A stretch of DNA of 64,000 bases from a bacterium (GTDB taxonomy: Bacteria; UBA8248): positions 26,176-90,175 of the forward strand of contig JAJEJD010000030.1 of assembly GCA_022828125.1 (NCBI GenBank), read 5' to 3'. Every line of letters starts with the position of its first letter. Position 1 is the first letter of the stretch. This document shows, piece by piece, positions 1-8,822 of this stretch. The translations under genes and the position numbers were made by a program. The notes under the pieces are model-generated. The model did not search any database and was not told the origin of the DNA. It was given only the letters and a program-made list of their open reading frames with translations.

Positions 1-1374
1 GGCCGTCTGGAAGGAGCGCTCGGAGAGAAGGGATGCCGCGCGCCCCTTTTCATCATGACGTCAAACGGCGGGATGCTCGACGCGGAGCGGGCGGCGCGGT
101 TTCCCGTGCGCACGATACTCTCCGGTCCCGCGGGCGGCGTCGTGGGCGGGGTGTCGGTCGCCGAGTCGCTGGGTCTCGACCACCTCATCACCTACGACAT
201 GGGCGGCACCAGCACGGACGTTTGCCTCATCCGCGACCGCAGGCCCGTCGTGAGTACGGAGAACGTCATCGGCGCCTATCCGCTCAAGACCTCGCAGCTT
301 CAGATCAACACGGTGGGCGCGGGCGGGGGGAGCATCGCCTGGCGCGATGAGGACGGCGCGCTGCACGTGGGTCCCAGGAGCGCGGGCGCGCGTCCGGGGC
401 CTGCCTGCTACGGGTTCGGGGGCGGGGAGCCGACCGTGACGGACGCGAACGTCGCCCTCTCGCGCATCGGCCCCCGCACCCGGCTGGCCGGGGGACTCGA
501 ACTCCACCCCGAGAAGGCGGAGCGCGCCCTCGCGTCGCTGGCCGGGAAGCTGGGAATTCCCGACGCGGTCTCGATGGCGCGCGGGGTGGTCGACCTCGCC
601 GTCATGCGGATGGTGAGTTCGATCCGCGAGATTTCCATCGAGCGCGGCTTCGACCCGAGAGAGCACACCCTCCTCGCATACGGGGGCGCGGGGCCGCTGC
701 ACGCCGCCCTGATCGCGGGGGAACTCTCCATGACGAGCATCGTCGTGCCGCGCTTTCCGGGGAATTTCTCCGCCGTCGGCCTCTTGATGGCGGACGCCGT
801 GCAGGAAAACGCCGGGACATGCTTCGTCGCTTTGGAGGATGCGCAGGAAAGCGCATTGGAGCGCATTTTCGAGAATTTGACGACCCCCTGCGCCGGGCAG
901 TTGCGCGGAGCAGGCTTGAATGAAATCGAGACGCTCCGTTACGCGGACGTCCGCTACGTGGGACAGGCGTTCGAACTCACGATTCCGGTTCCGGAAACGA
1001 AGGGCTGGCTGAAAACGCTGGGCGGCGAATTCCATGCCCGCTACGAGGCGCGCTACGGGCATTGCCATCCCGGCGATCCGCTCGAGATCGTGAACCTGCG
1101 GGTGCGGGTATCCGGGGTGGTGGACAAGCTGGGGTGGGTGAAGGTGGAGAATACCGGGGGCGGGCTTGATGATGCGCTCGTGGAGCGAAGAAGCGTCGTG
1201 TTCGAAGAGGAAGTCCTCGACTGTCCCGTCTACGGGCGCGATTCCCTGCCCGTGGACCTGGAAATCAGCGGGCCTGCGATAATCGAGGAATACGGCTCGA
1301 ATACGCTCGTGCCTCCCGGCTGGACGGCGAGGCGGGACCCTCTCGGGCATCTTCACTTGAGCGCATCGGGCTGA
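1..1374 (+). CDS. Hydantoinase/oxoprolinase family protein (HyuA-like; N-methylhydantoinase A / acetone carboxylase beta type), 5' end outside window
   Basis: Frame 1 is open from base 1 (GRLEGALGEKGCRAPLFIMTSNGG...). Motifs SGPAGGV and DMGGTSTD are typical of hydantoinase A. The ORF-track entry 55..1374 is the in-window part. Confidence 0.85.
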   Translation, partial: GRLEGALGEKGCRAPLFIMTSNGGMLDAERAARFPVRTILSGPAGGVVGGVSVAESLGLDHLITYDMGGTSTDVCLIRDRRPVVSTENVIGAYPLKTSQLQINTVGAGGGSIAWRDEDGALHVGPRSAGARPGPACYGFGGGEPTVTDANVALSRIGPRTRLAGGLELHPEKAERALASLAGKLGIPDAVSMARGVVDLAVMRMVSSIREISIERGFDPREHTLLAYGGAGPLHAALIAGELSMTSIVVPRFPGNFSAVGLLMADAVQENAGTCFVALEDAQESALERIFENLTTPCAGQLRGAGLNEIETLRYADVRYVGQAFELTIPVPETKGWLKTLGGEFHARYEARYGHCHPGDPLEIVNLRVRVSGVVDKLGWVKVENTGGGLDDALVERRSVVFEEEVLDCPVYGRDSLPVDLEISGPAIIEEYGSNTLVPPGWTARRDPLGHLHLSASG

Positions 1375-1392
1375 TTTATATTAAGGGAATAT

Positions 1393-2358
1393 ATGAGCGA
1401 GGCGGTGAAATACGGATACGGCTACGGGATGCAGCCGGGCGATCCTCCCTCCCACGTGGATTTCCTTGCGTTCATCGAAAAAGTCGAAAGAGCGGGCTTC
1501 GATTCTTTCTGGCTCGATGATCACATCGTCTTTCGAGGCAATTTTTTGGAGAGCTTAGCCGCTCTCGCCGCCGCAGCGGCCAGAACCAAGCGCATCACCC
1601 TGGGCAGCCTCGTCTACCTGCTGCCCTTGAGACGCCCCGCCATCGCGGCGAAGGCGGCGGCCACGGTGGATTACCTGAGCGGCGGCGGGCGCTTCATCTT
1701 CGGCGTGGGCGTAGGCGGCGAGGAGGCGCGGGAGTTCGAGGTTTGCGGCGTGCCCAAGGCCGAGCGCGGCGCGCGGACGGATGAGGCCATTGAAGTCATG
1801 CGCAAGCTGTGGTCGGGAGAGGCGGTGAGTCACGAGGGGCGATTCTTTCGCTTCTCGGATGCGCGGCAAAGCCCCGCGCCCTTGACCCCGGGCGGCCCGC
1901 CGATCTGGGTGGGCGGCAGGAGCGAGGCCGCGCAAAGGCGCGCCGCTCTTCTGGCGGACGGCTACGCGCCCTATCTGTTCTCTCCCTCTCGCTACGAGAA
2001 GGCCTTGGAGCAGGTTCGCCGATATGCGGACGAGGCGGGACGCGCGCTCGATGATCCCCAAAAGCCATGGACGCCCGCGCTTCACCTGTTCGTGAACTTG
2101 CGGGAAAACGAGAATGATGCGCTCGACAATGGTGCGGAAAATCTTTGCGTAAGGTATGGAATGGATATGCGCGATGCGGCGAGGAGATACCTGCTGCGCG
2201 GCTCGGTTGCGCGTTGCGCCGAGCGAATCGAGGCATACTGGAAGGCGGGCGTTCGGCACTTCATCTTCAAGGCGGCCGCGCCCGCCGGTGAGGAGGCGGA
2301 GCACATGACGCGGCTGGCCGAAGAACTCCTGCCCGAGGCGAGGCGCCATGTCGGCTGA
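1393..2358 (+). CDS. LLM-class (luciferase-like) flavin/F420-dependent oxidoreductase
   Basis: 321 aa, ATG start. FWLDDHI, GGRFIFGVGVGG and PPIWVGG segments are typical of the luciferase-like monooxygenase family. Confidence 0.8.
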   Translation: MSEAVKYGYGYGMQPGDPPSHVDFLAFIEKVERAGFDSFWLDDHIVFRGNFLESLAALAAAAARTKRITLGSLVYLLPLRRPAIAAKAAATVDYLSGGGRFIFGVGVGGEEAREFEVCGVPKAERGARTDEAIEVMRKLWSGEAVSHEGRFFRFSDARQSPAPLTPGGPPIWVGGRSEAAQRRAALLADGYAPYLFSPSRYEKALEQVRRYADEAGRALDDPQKPWTPALHLFVNLRENENDALDNGAENLCVRYGMDMRDAARRYLLRGSVARCAERIEAYWKAGVRHFIFKAAAPAGEEAEHMTRLAEELLPEARRHVG

Positions 2359-4018
2359 GGCGAGCGGTCACGTCGATACGTTCGCCCGGGATAATCTGCC
2401 GCCTGAATCCCTGTGGCCGGAGATGGACTACGGCGTTCTTCCGGAGTTGGCCGCCTATCCGGCGCGGATCAACGCGGGCGCCGAGTTGATAGACAAGATA
2501 GCTCAAGGCGCGCAGTCCGAGCGGCCCGCGGTTTATTACGGTGAAGTGCTTTGGAGCTACCGCGACCTTTTGGAGAACGCGAACCGCATCGCCTCGGTGA
2601 TGACCGAGCGCTTCGGCCTCGTACCCGGAAACCGCGTGCTCCTTCGCTCATCGAACCATCCCACCCTCGTGGCCGCGTGCCTTGCGGTTCTAAAGGCGGG
2701 CGGGGTGGTGATCCCGACCATGCCGGTGATGCGCGAGCGCGAGCTGGCCTATGTGATCGAAAAAGCGCGAGTGGGTTTCGCGATTTGCGACGATAGACTG
2801 AGCGCGGATTTACTGGCCGCGGCGAAGTCTTCCGAATCGCTCGAAAACGTCGTTTGCTTCGGGGGCGACGAACCGGGCGGCCTCGAAGCCCTGATGGCCG
2901 AAGCCTCGCCCGAATTCCGAAACGCGGATACGGCGGCGGACGACGTGGCCCTCATCGGCTTCACCTCGGGTTCGACGGGCACGCCCAAGGGCACGGTGCA
3001 TTTCCACCGCGACCTGCTCGCCGTCGCGGACACGTTTCCCAAGTACCTCTTCGGTCTGGGGCCGGATGACGTCGTTTGCGGCAGCCCGCAGATCGCCTTT
3101 TTGTACGGGTTTTGCGCCTTCGTCACCGACGCCTTGCGCTTCGGCGCGTCCTCCGTTCTGCTCGAGAGGGGGACGCCGCGCGATCTGCTCGAAGCTATCG
3201 ACAGATACCAGGGCACGGTGTGCTTCAGCACGCCATCGGGCTACAAGCAGATGCTCGACGTCGCGGAAGGATACGACCTCCGCAGCCTGCGCGCCTGCAT
3301 CGCGGGGGGAGAGCCGCTGGAACCCTTCGTGTTCCGCGAATGGAAGGAGCGAACAGGCGTCTCGATTATCAACGGCTTGGGCATCTCGGAGCTATTGCAC
3401 ATCTTCATCTCGGCGAGCGGGAAGGACATCCGCCCCGGAAAGATTGGCCGGGCGGTGCCGGGCTACGAGGTGCGCGTGGTGGATGAGGAGATGCGCGACA
3501 CGCCCCCCGGAGAGGTGGGGCAGATGATCGTGAAAGGCCCCACCGGCTGTCGCTATCTCGACGACCTGGAGCGGCAGCGGAACTACGTGCGGGAGGGCTG
3601 GAACATGACGGGCGACCTCTGCCGGGTCGACCCGGAGGGGTATATCTCCTTCGAGGCGCGAACCGACGACATGATCAACACCGGGGGGTACAACGTCTCG
3701 GGCCTCGAAGTCGAAGCCGTGCTGCTCGAACACCCCGAGGTGCGCGAGTGCGCGGTGGTCGGCTCGCCGAACGCAGAGCGCGGGGAGATCGTGAAGGCGT
3801 TCGTCGTTCTCTCGGGAGACGCCGGAGCAGACACAGATGAAGCGGCGGACGCGCTGGTCCGGGAGCTTCAGGATTTCGTGAAGGCGCAGCTTGCGCCTTA
3901 TAAATACCCGCGAGCGGTGGAGTTCCTGGAAAGCCTGCCCTTGACGGCCACAGGCAAGATACAACGAGGCGCTCTTCGGAAGCTGGAGAAAGAGCGCGCG
4001 GGGGACGGGGCGGACTGA
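2348..4018 (+). CDS. AMP-dependent acyl/aryl-CoA synthetase-ligase (benzoate/2-aminobenzoate-CoA ligase-like)
   Basis: 556 aa. AMP-binding signature FTSGSTGTPKG and C-terminal PLTATGKIQR. Its start overlaps the upstream stop by 11 nt. Confidence 0.85.
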   Translation: MSAEASGHVDTFARDNLPPESLWPEMDYGVLPELAAYPARINAGAELIDKIAQGAQSERPAVYYGEVLWSYRDLLENANRIASVMTERFGLVPGNRVLLRSSNHPTLVAACLAVLKAGGVVIPTMPVMRERELAYVIEKARVGFAICDDRLSADLLAAAKSSESLENVVCFGGDEPGGLEALMAEASPEFRNADTAADDVALIGFTSGSTGTPKGTVHFHRDLLAVADTFPKYLFGLGPDDVVCGSPQIAFLYGFCAFVTDALRFGASSVLLERGTPRDLLEAIDRYQGTVCFSTPSGYKQMLDVAEGYDLRSLRACIAGGEPLEPFVFREWKERTGVSIINGLGISELLHIFISASGKDIRPGKIGRAVPGYEVRVVDEEMRDTPPGEVGQMIVKGPTGCRYLDDLERQRNYVREGWNMTGDLCRVDPEGYISFEARTDDMINTGGYNVSGLEVEAVLLEHPEVRECAVVGSPNAERGEIVKAFVVLSGDAGADTDEAADALVRELQDFVKAQLAPYKYPRAVEFLESLPLTATGKIQRGALRKLEKERAGDGAD

Positions 4019-4200
4019 CGTATCGCGCAGGCTTAACCGCCGGAGCCGGTTGCGCGCGGTGGTTTTTCGCTCATCCGGGGAAATTCCGGCGGCGTCTCAC
4101 TTTGAAAACGGGAACGTCACGAAGGCGGGATATGAGTCTCATCAGAAGGTGTCAAGACTGTATTTGAATGAATAGTTAATTATCCTTTGCCCACCAAGAG

Positions 4201-4450
4201 GATGTTGAAAAAGTCATCCTCCTCAGGAGATAAAGGCAACCCCCCCTACCCCCCCCCTTGACAGGGGGGCAAGAAAAAGCAAAACCCCCTCATCCCAGCG
4301 GGGACGCATTGCCTTTTTATACCCCCCTGTCAAGGGGGGGGTAGGGGGGGTTGGTTTTCAAGGCGAGAGCCTGCGCCGCCGCCCGGTTTCGGGTTTTCGC
4401 CGGAATGACGGTGGTGGTCAATTCCGACCGAGGATGACTTTCTCAACAAC
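4201..4450. repeat. Composite MITE-like element: T-type inverted ends enclosing an R1 poly-C/poly-G palindrome and a partial R3 arm
   Basis: Ends are GTTGAAAAAGTCATCCTC (4204-4221) and GAGGATGACTTTCTCAAC (4429-4446), which are inverted repeats. R1 arms span 4229-4353. TTCGCCGGAATGACGG (4395-4410) matches the R3 arm at 29561-29573. Confidence 0.65.
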
Positions 4451-4472
4451 CCCTTTCCCGTCTTGCGGCGGT

Positions 4473-4501
4473 TTTGATAAACATGGTATTCTCTTTCATT
4501 A
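4473..4501 (+). promoter_or_regulatory. Candidate sigma70-type promoter upstream of the NitT/TauT ABC operon
   Basis: TTGATA (4473-4478), 17-nt spacer, CATTAT (4496-4501), in an AT-rich stretch about 170 nt upstream of the GTG start at 4673. Confidence 0.3.
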
Positions 4502-4672
4502 TATTCATCATCAAATTATCCAATGCTCTTTCGGTATCACTGTGTTCATTGTGCAGAGGGATAGAAAGAGAACCTCACTTTCTCAATACATAGTGTGCGC
4601 CCCGTCTCGGGGCGTTGGATGAGTTCATGACGCAAGCCGCGCAACCTGCGGCCCAGAGGGGAGGCTGAAATC

Positions 4673-5719
4673 GTGGATAACAGAACGAACGTACGGGGTC
4701 TCATCTTCAAATCGGTTTTGGCGGTCATCCTGGGAGTGGCGCTCGTCTTCACCGCCGCCACGCCTTCGGAGTCGGCCGTCAAGCGGGTCGTCATCACCCA
4801 GGCGGTCGAGAGTCTCGCCTTCGTCAGCAACTACGTGGCGCGCGCGAACGGCTACTTCGCCGAGGAGGGTCTGGCGGCCGAGGTCATCTCCACGCGGGGC
4901 GGCGGGCCGGACATCAAGGCCAACCTCGCGGGTCAGGCGGATTTCTCCATCGCGGCGGGCACCTACCAGATCAACGCCGTGAAGGCGGGCGGCGCCCTCG
5001 TGGCCGTGATGAGCTGCCTCAACCGCAGCATCGTCAACTCCGCCATCCGCAAGGACGTCGCCAAGAGGCTCGGCATCACCGCCAAGACGCCCTACAAGGA
5101 AAAGCTCAAGAAGATGAAGGGCCTGACCGTGGGCGCCACGCGCCCCGGCGCGCTCACCTACAACCAGGGTGAATACTGGATCCGCCAGGCCGGCTACACG
5201 CCCAACAAAGAGGTGAAGCTCATCGGCGCGGGCGCAGGTCCGGTGCTCGTCGCAGCGCTGCAGCGCAACAAGATTCAGATAGCGATCCAGACGATTCCCG
5301 TGCCGGAGACGGCCATATTCAAGGGCATCGGCATTCCCTTCGTCACGAACTCCGCGGGTGATGACCCGGAGATGGACCAGTTCATGATGGAGGTCCTGCT
5401 CGTGCGGCCCGATTACGCGAAGAAAAACCCCGAGACCGTCCGCAAGGTGGTCCGGGCGCTTCTCAAGGCCAACAACTGGATCGCCAAGCACAGCGCGGAG
5501 GATATTCGCAAGAAGATACAGCTCTACTTCGCCAAGACCGACAAGAACCTGCTGCGCGTGAGCATCGAGGCGGTGAAGACGGCCGTCTCGCTCGACGGGA
5601 AAATCACCCAGCGCGCGGTGGACATCACCCAGAACCTGCTCATCGCCGCGGGCAAGCTCAAAAAGGCGTTCCCCAGGAGCACCCTGGTGACGGACGAGTA
5701 TCTGCCCGGCAAGATGTGA
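4673..5719 (+). CDS. ABC transporter substrate-binding protein, NitT/TauT (NMT1/SsuA-like) family
   Basis: 348 aa. GTG start preceded by AGAGGGGAGG. N-terminal signal-like hydrophobic segment. It sits next to the matching ATPase and permease. Confidence 0.75.
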   Translation: MDNRTNVRGLIFKSVLAVILGVALVFTAATPSESAVKRVVITQAVESLAFVSNYVARANGYFAEEGLAAEVISTRGGGPDIKANLAGQADFSIAAGTYQINAVKAGGALVAVMSCLNRSIVNSAIRKDVAKRLGITAKTPYKEKLKKMKGLTVGATRPGALTYNQGEYWIRQAGYTPNKEVKLIGAGAGPVLVAALQRNKIQIAIQTIPVPETAIFKGIGIPFVTNSAGDDPEMDQFMMEVLLVRPDYAKKNPETVRKVVRALLKANNWIAKHSAEDIRKKIQLYFAKTDKNLLRVSIEAVKTAVSLDGKITQRAVDITQNLLIAAGKLKKAFPRSTLVTDEYLPGKM

Positions 5720-5743
5720 GCGATAACTTCCGACTCTGACAAA

Positions 5744-5781
5744 CCGCCGGGGAGAGGCTGCTTTCGGCTCTTCCCCGGCGG
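5744..5781 (+). terminator. Imperfect GC-rich stem-loop directly after the binding-protein gene
   Basis: CCGCCGGGGAGAGGC ... GGCTCTTCCCCGGCGG. No clear T tract follows, so it is more likely an attenuator or 3'-end stabiliser than a full terminator. Confidence 0.35.
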
Positions 5782-5797
5782 CGGAGATTCATACGCC

Positions 5798-6601
5798 GTG
5801 CCTCCAATTCTCTCTATCAAGAACCTGCAAAAAGAATTCTTCTCGCGTGGAAACCGCGTACTCGCCGTCGAGGATTTGAGCCTCGACATCGAAGAGGGCG
5901 AGTTCCTCACCATCGTGGGGCCGAGCGGCTGCGGGAAGTCCACGCTGCTGAACTGCATCATCGGGCTGGTGCACCCCACCTCGGGCGTCATCACCTACAA
6001 GGACAAGAAGCTGCACGGCATCAACACCGATATCGGCTACGTTCCGCAGTCGGACTATCTCTACCAATGGCGCACGCTCATCAACAACGTCGCCTTTCCG
6101 CTGGAGATGCGGGGAGTCGATCAAAAAACCAGGCACGAAAAGGCGCGCGAGTTGATCCAGCGCGTCGGTCTGGCGGGATTCGAGGATCACTACCCCCACG
6201 AGCTCTCGGGCGGGATGCGCCAGCGGGCCAACATCATACGCACTCTTATCTATGACCCCGATGTCATCCTGATGGACGAACCCTTCGGGCCCCTGGACGC
6301 CCAGACGCGGATCATCCTTCAGGACCAGCTTCTGAAACTCTGGCGCGAGGCCAGAAAAACCGTCATATTCATCACGCACGACCTCGTGGAGGCCATTGCG
6401 CTTGCCGATCGGGTCGTCGTCATGACGAGCCGGCCCGGCAACTTGAGGAGCGTGGCCGAAGTGGACATCCCGCGTCCGCGCGACGTGTTCACCATCCACA
6501 GCCAGGAGGCGTTCCGCAAAACCTACGATCAGCTGTGGCAGGAATTGCGCGAGGAGGTCCAGCGCAGTGAGGATTGGATGAAAAACGGGTCCGCGGGTTA
6601 A
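5798..6601 (+). CDS. ABC transporter ATP-binding protein, NitT/TauT family
   Basis: 267 aa. Walker A GPSGCGKST, signature LSGGMRQR, Walker B ILMDEP. GTG start. Confidence 0.9.
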   Translation: MPPILSIKNLQKEFFSRGNRVLAVEDLSLDIEEGEFLTIVGPSGCGKSTLLNCIIGLVHPTSGVITYKDKKLHGINTDIGYVPQSDYLYQWRTLINNVAFPLEMRGVDQKTRHEKARELIQRVGLAGFEDHYPHELSGGMRQRANIIRTLIYDPDVILMDEPFGPLDAQTRIILQDQLLKLWREARKTVIFITHDLVEAIALADRVVVMTSRPGNLRSVAEVDIPRPRDVFTIHSQEAFRKTYDQLWQELREEVQRSEDWMKNGSAG

Positions 6602-6627
6602 AGCGAGCGGATGAGAGGAGGGTCCCC

Positions 6628-7725
6628 ATGGTCGACATGATCGATAAAGAGGCGAGTGAGGACAAGGGAGCGAGTGAGCCGGAACAGAGCGCTCAGGAGG
6701 CTCCCGCCCGCGTCAGGCTGCCCAAGCTGGGCGAGATCCTCCTGACGATTCCCCTGCCAGGCGTACCGCAACTCTGGCGGGGCGATTACCTGATTGGCGC
6801 GCTCCTGCTGGGCCTCACCGCGGCCGGCTACATGATGTGCTCGGTCACGGGCATGTTCTTCCACGCCATCGCGTTCGTTGACGTCTCCATCACGCACACT
6901 GGCCGCATCATCAAGAACTCACGCCTGCGCATGTTCGCCTACCGGGCCTCTTTCGCGGGCGGCTTTCTGGCGATGTGGGAGCTCAGCGCATGGGAACTTG
7001 GCCCCAAGCAGTGGCTCTGCGTGGATCCGTTCTGGTTCGGTTCGCCCCTGCGCGTCATGGACTATATGGTGGAGATAACCCTATCGGGCAGCCTCTTCGT
7101 CGATACCTGGACGACGATGTACGAGGCCTTCCTGGGCTACGTCCTGGGCGCGGCTCTCGGCATTGCCCTGGGCTTCATCCTGGCGCGGCTGGAGACACTG
7201 GCCGAGATACTCGACCCCTTTATCGTCGCGGTGAACGGCATTCCGCGCGTGGCGATGGCGCCGATTCTCATCATCTGGTTCGGCATCGGGGTGGAGTCGA
7301 AGATCGTGCTGGCGGTGAGCCTCGTGCTCTTCCTGACCTTCATGAACACCTACTCGGGCCTCCGGGGCGTGGACCCCAACCTCAAGAACCTCGCCCAGGT
7401 GATGGGCGCGAACGAGATGCAGGTTCTCTGGAAGGTCACGCTGCCCGCCGCGATGCCCTGGATACTCACGGGCCTGAAAATTGGCGTTCCGTTCGCCATC
7501 ATCGGGGCCATCCTGGGCGAGTTCATGGCGGCGAGCAAGGGTCTGGGCTTCATGATCCAGCACACGAGCAACCTGTTCAACATCGCGGGTTCGTTCGCGG
7601 GCCTCATCCTGCTCATGTTCATCGTGCTCATAGCCAACGCGGCGGTGAACTGGCTGGAGCGCTATCTCCTGCGCTGGCGGCCCAAGCAGCAGGCCGCCGG
7701 CGAGAGCGCGACGGATGTGTATTAG
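6628..7725 (+). CDS. ABC transporter permease, NitT/TauT family, with about 100 aa N-terminal extension
   Basis: I prefer the ATG at 6628 (GAGAGGAGG upstream) over the track start at 6574. Multiple TM segments. The C-terminal half resembles SsuC/TauC-type permeases. Confidence 0.85.
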   Translation: MVDMIDKEASEDKGASEPEQSAQEAPARVRLPKLGEILLTIPLPGVPQLWRGDYLIGALLLGLTAAGYMMCSVTGMFFHAIAFVDVSITHTGRIIKNSRLRMFAYRASFAGGFLAMWELSAWELGPKQWLCVDPFWFGSPLRVMDYMVEITLSGSLFVDTWTTMYEAFLGYVLGAALGIALGFILARLETLAEILDPFIVAVNGIPRVAMAPILIIWFGIGVESKIVLAVSLVLFLTFMNTYSGLRGVDPNLKNLAQVMGANEMQVLWKVTLPAAMPWILTGLKIGVPFAIIGAILGEFMAASKGLGFMIQHTSNLFNIAGSFAGLILLMFIVLIANAAVNWLERYLLRWRPKQQAAGESATDVY

Positions 7726-7756
7726 GGTTTCGGGCTCGTATTCTATCTGATTGGTC

Positions 7757-7830
7757 GCAGGGACGGACCACGAGCCGCCCCTGCAATTCCGTTGCGGGTC
7801 TCGTAAGGACAGGTCGCGACCTGTCCCTAC
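7757..7830. repeat. Two R2-type GC hairpin repeats
   Basis: GCAGGGACGGACCACGAGCCGCCCCTGC (7757-7784) and GTAAGGACAGGTCGCGACCTGTCCCTAC (7803-7830). The second is nearly identical to 42431-42458. Confidence 0.7.
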
Positions 7831-7926
7831 AACACCTTCATGCGCCTTTGTCCGGCGAGAAGTTGACGTTCTCTTCACCAAACCCTAGTATCATTTCAAT
7901 TCGCCCCTTGGCAGTACGCTGTGCTC

Positions 7927-8748
7927 CTAGCGATCATGAGCGCAGCCGATCCCTGGGGGCTTTTTTACGTCCGGCGGCCAGGGGGTGACGCCGATTTCCC
8001 CGCGCAGGAGGCGGCGGAACGCGGCCCGCCGCCGGATATCGCGCGAGACGGCGCTCACGACGCGCCGCCACGTCACCGAGATGACGCCCTCTGCGCGCTT
8101 GTGTTCGGCGCGCGCGAGTCTGCGGTCGCGCTCTATCTGGGAATCGTCCTGCTCGTCGTGCGAGACGACGGGCGGGTCGACGTAGAACACGTTCAGCCCG
8201 TTCTCCCAGAACCGGGAGAGCGCCTGGTCGATTTCGCGCATCATCTTCGGCGTGTTCTCGATGAAGTGCCGCGCCGCATCGCGCGTGATGACGTAGCCCT
8301 CGCTGCCGTAGTCGTGGTAGCGCACCCGGCCGACGCGGTGCCCCGTCTCGAGTCGTTCGCACGGAATGAAGGTTCTGCGCGAGCGCCGGTTCAGCTTCAC
8401 GACGTCGAAGGCGAACGGCCTGCGCTCCAGGGCGTCGAGCACCTCGGGCAGGTCCGCCGACAGTCCGGCGTCGTCTTCAAAGACGCCCGCGGTTTCCGGG
8501 CCGTTCTCCGCGATTTCGTTCATAATCTGGTAATGACTTAACCAACAACCGATTTCCGTATCCGCCTGGGGCCAAAGGCCCAGCCGCCGCCTGGTTTCCC
8601 TGTCGACCATAGAGTAAGTCTCTTGGGTAAAATCCCGAATGTCGGCGGCGGGGTGAAACGCCGCTTTCAGAGCAAGAGAGGCGAACTGCTCCTCCATCCG
8701 GCGGCGGCGCTCCTCGGCCCTTTCGAGATTGATGACGAACACTTTCAT
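7927..8748 (-). CDS. Glycosyltransferase family 25 (LOS/LPS beta-1,4-galactosyltransferase-like)
   Basis: Start chosen at MKVFVINLERAEERRRRM, the canonical GT25 N-terminus. The track ORF extends to 8826. Confidence 0.8.
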   Translation of the reverse strand: MKVFVINLERAEERRRRMEEQFASLALKAAFHPAADIRDFTQETYSMVDRETRRRLGLWPQADTEIGCWLSHYQIMNEIAENGPETAGVFEDDAGLSADLPEVLDALERRPFAFDVVKLNRRSRRTFIPCERLETGHRVGRVRYHDYGSEGYVITRDAARHFIENTPKMMREIDQALSRFWENGLNVFYVDPPVVSHDEQDDSQIERDRRLARAEHKRAEGVISVTWRRVVSAVSRDIRRRAAFRRLLRGEIGVTPWPPDVKKPPGIGCAHDR

Positions 8749-8822
8749 GGTCGGGTCCCCTCGTGTCGGCGATTCTTTCTCGTCTGCCGCCGGAGGATTC
8801 TGACGCATATCCTCCCGAATTA

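Noticed and set aside
61-1356. 431-aa minus-strand ORF antisense to the hydantoinase gene. Many similar long ORFs fall in the same class: 1555-2349 -, 4625-5491 -, 5789-6499 -, 12294-13610 -, 14154-15698 +, 14317-15639 -, 16001-17110 -, 20586-21659 -, 22390-23427 -, 24049-25623 -, 27404-28249 -, 29691-31127 +, 31468-33249 -, 33986-35062 -, 36507-37760 -, 38013-39404 -, 44981-46588 +, 50726-52717 +, 51570-52817 -, 55762-56835 +, 56911-58104 +.
   Set aside because: They are shadow frames of well-supported genes in GC-rich DNA. Their translations are dominated by R/G/A/P/H runs with no recognisable motifs. Each overlaps almost entirely a CDS with clear family signatures.
4229-4353. R1 repeats considered as a CRISPR array or as promoters, since each arm contains TTGACA followed by TATAAA-like sequence.
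   Set aside because: The copies are dispersed over 60 kb, not regularly spaced with unique spacers, and each unit is an inverted rather than a direct repeat. In the TTGACA/TATAAA pair the boxes are only about 6 nt apart, which is incompatible with a sigma70 promoter.
6574-6627. Upstream start for the NitT/TauT permease (MDEKRVRGLKRADERRVP…).
   Set aside because: It overlaps the ATPase gene end by 28 nt with no RBS. The ATG at 6628 has GAGAGGAGG at ideal spacing.
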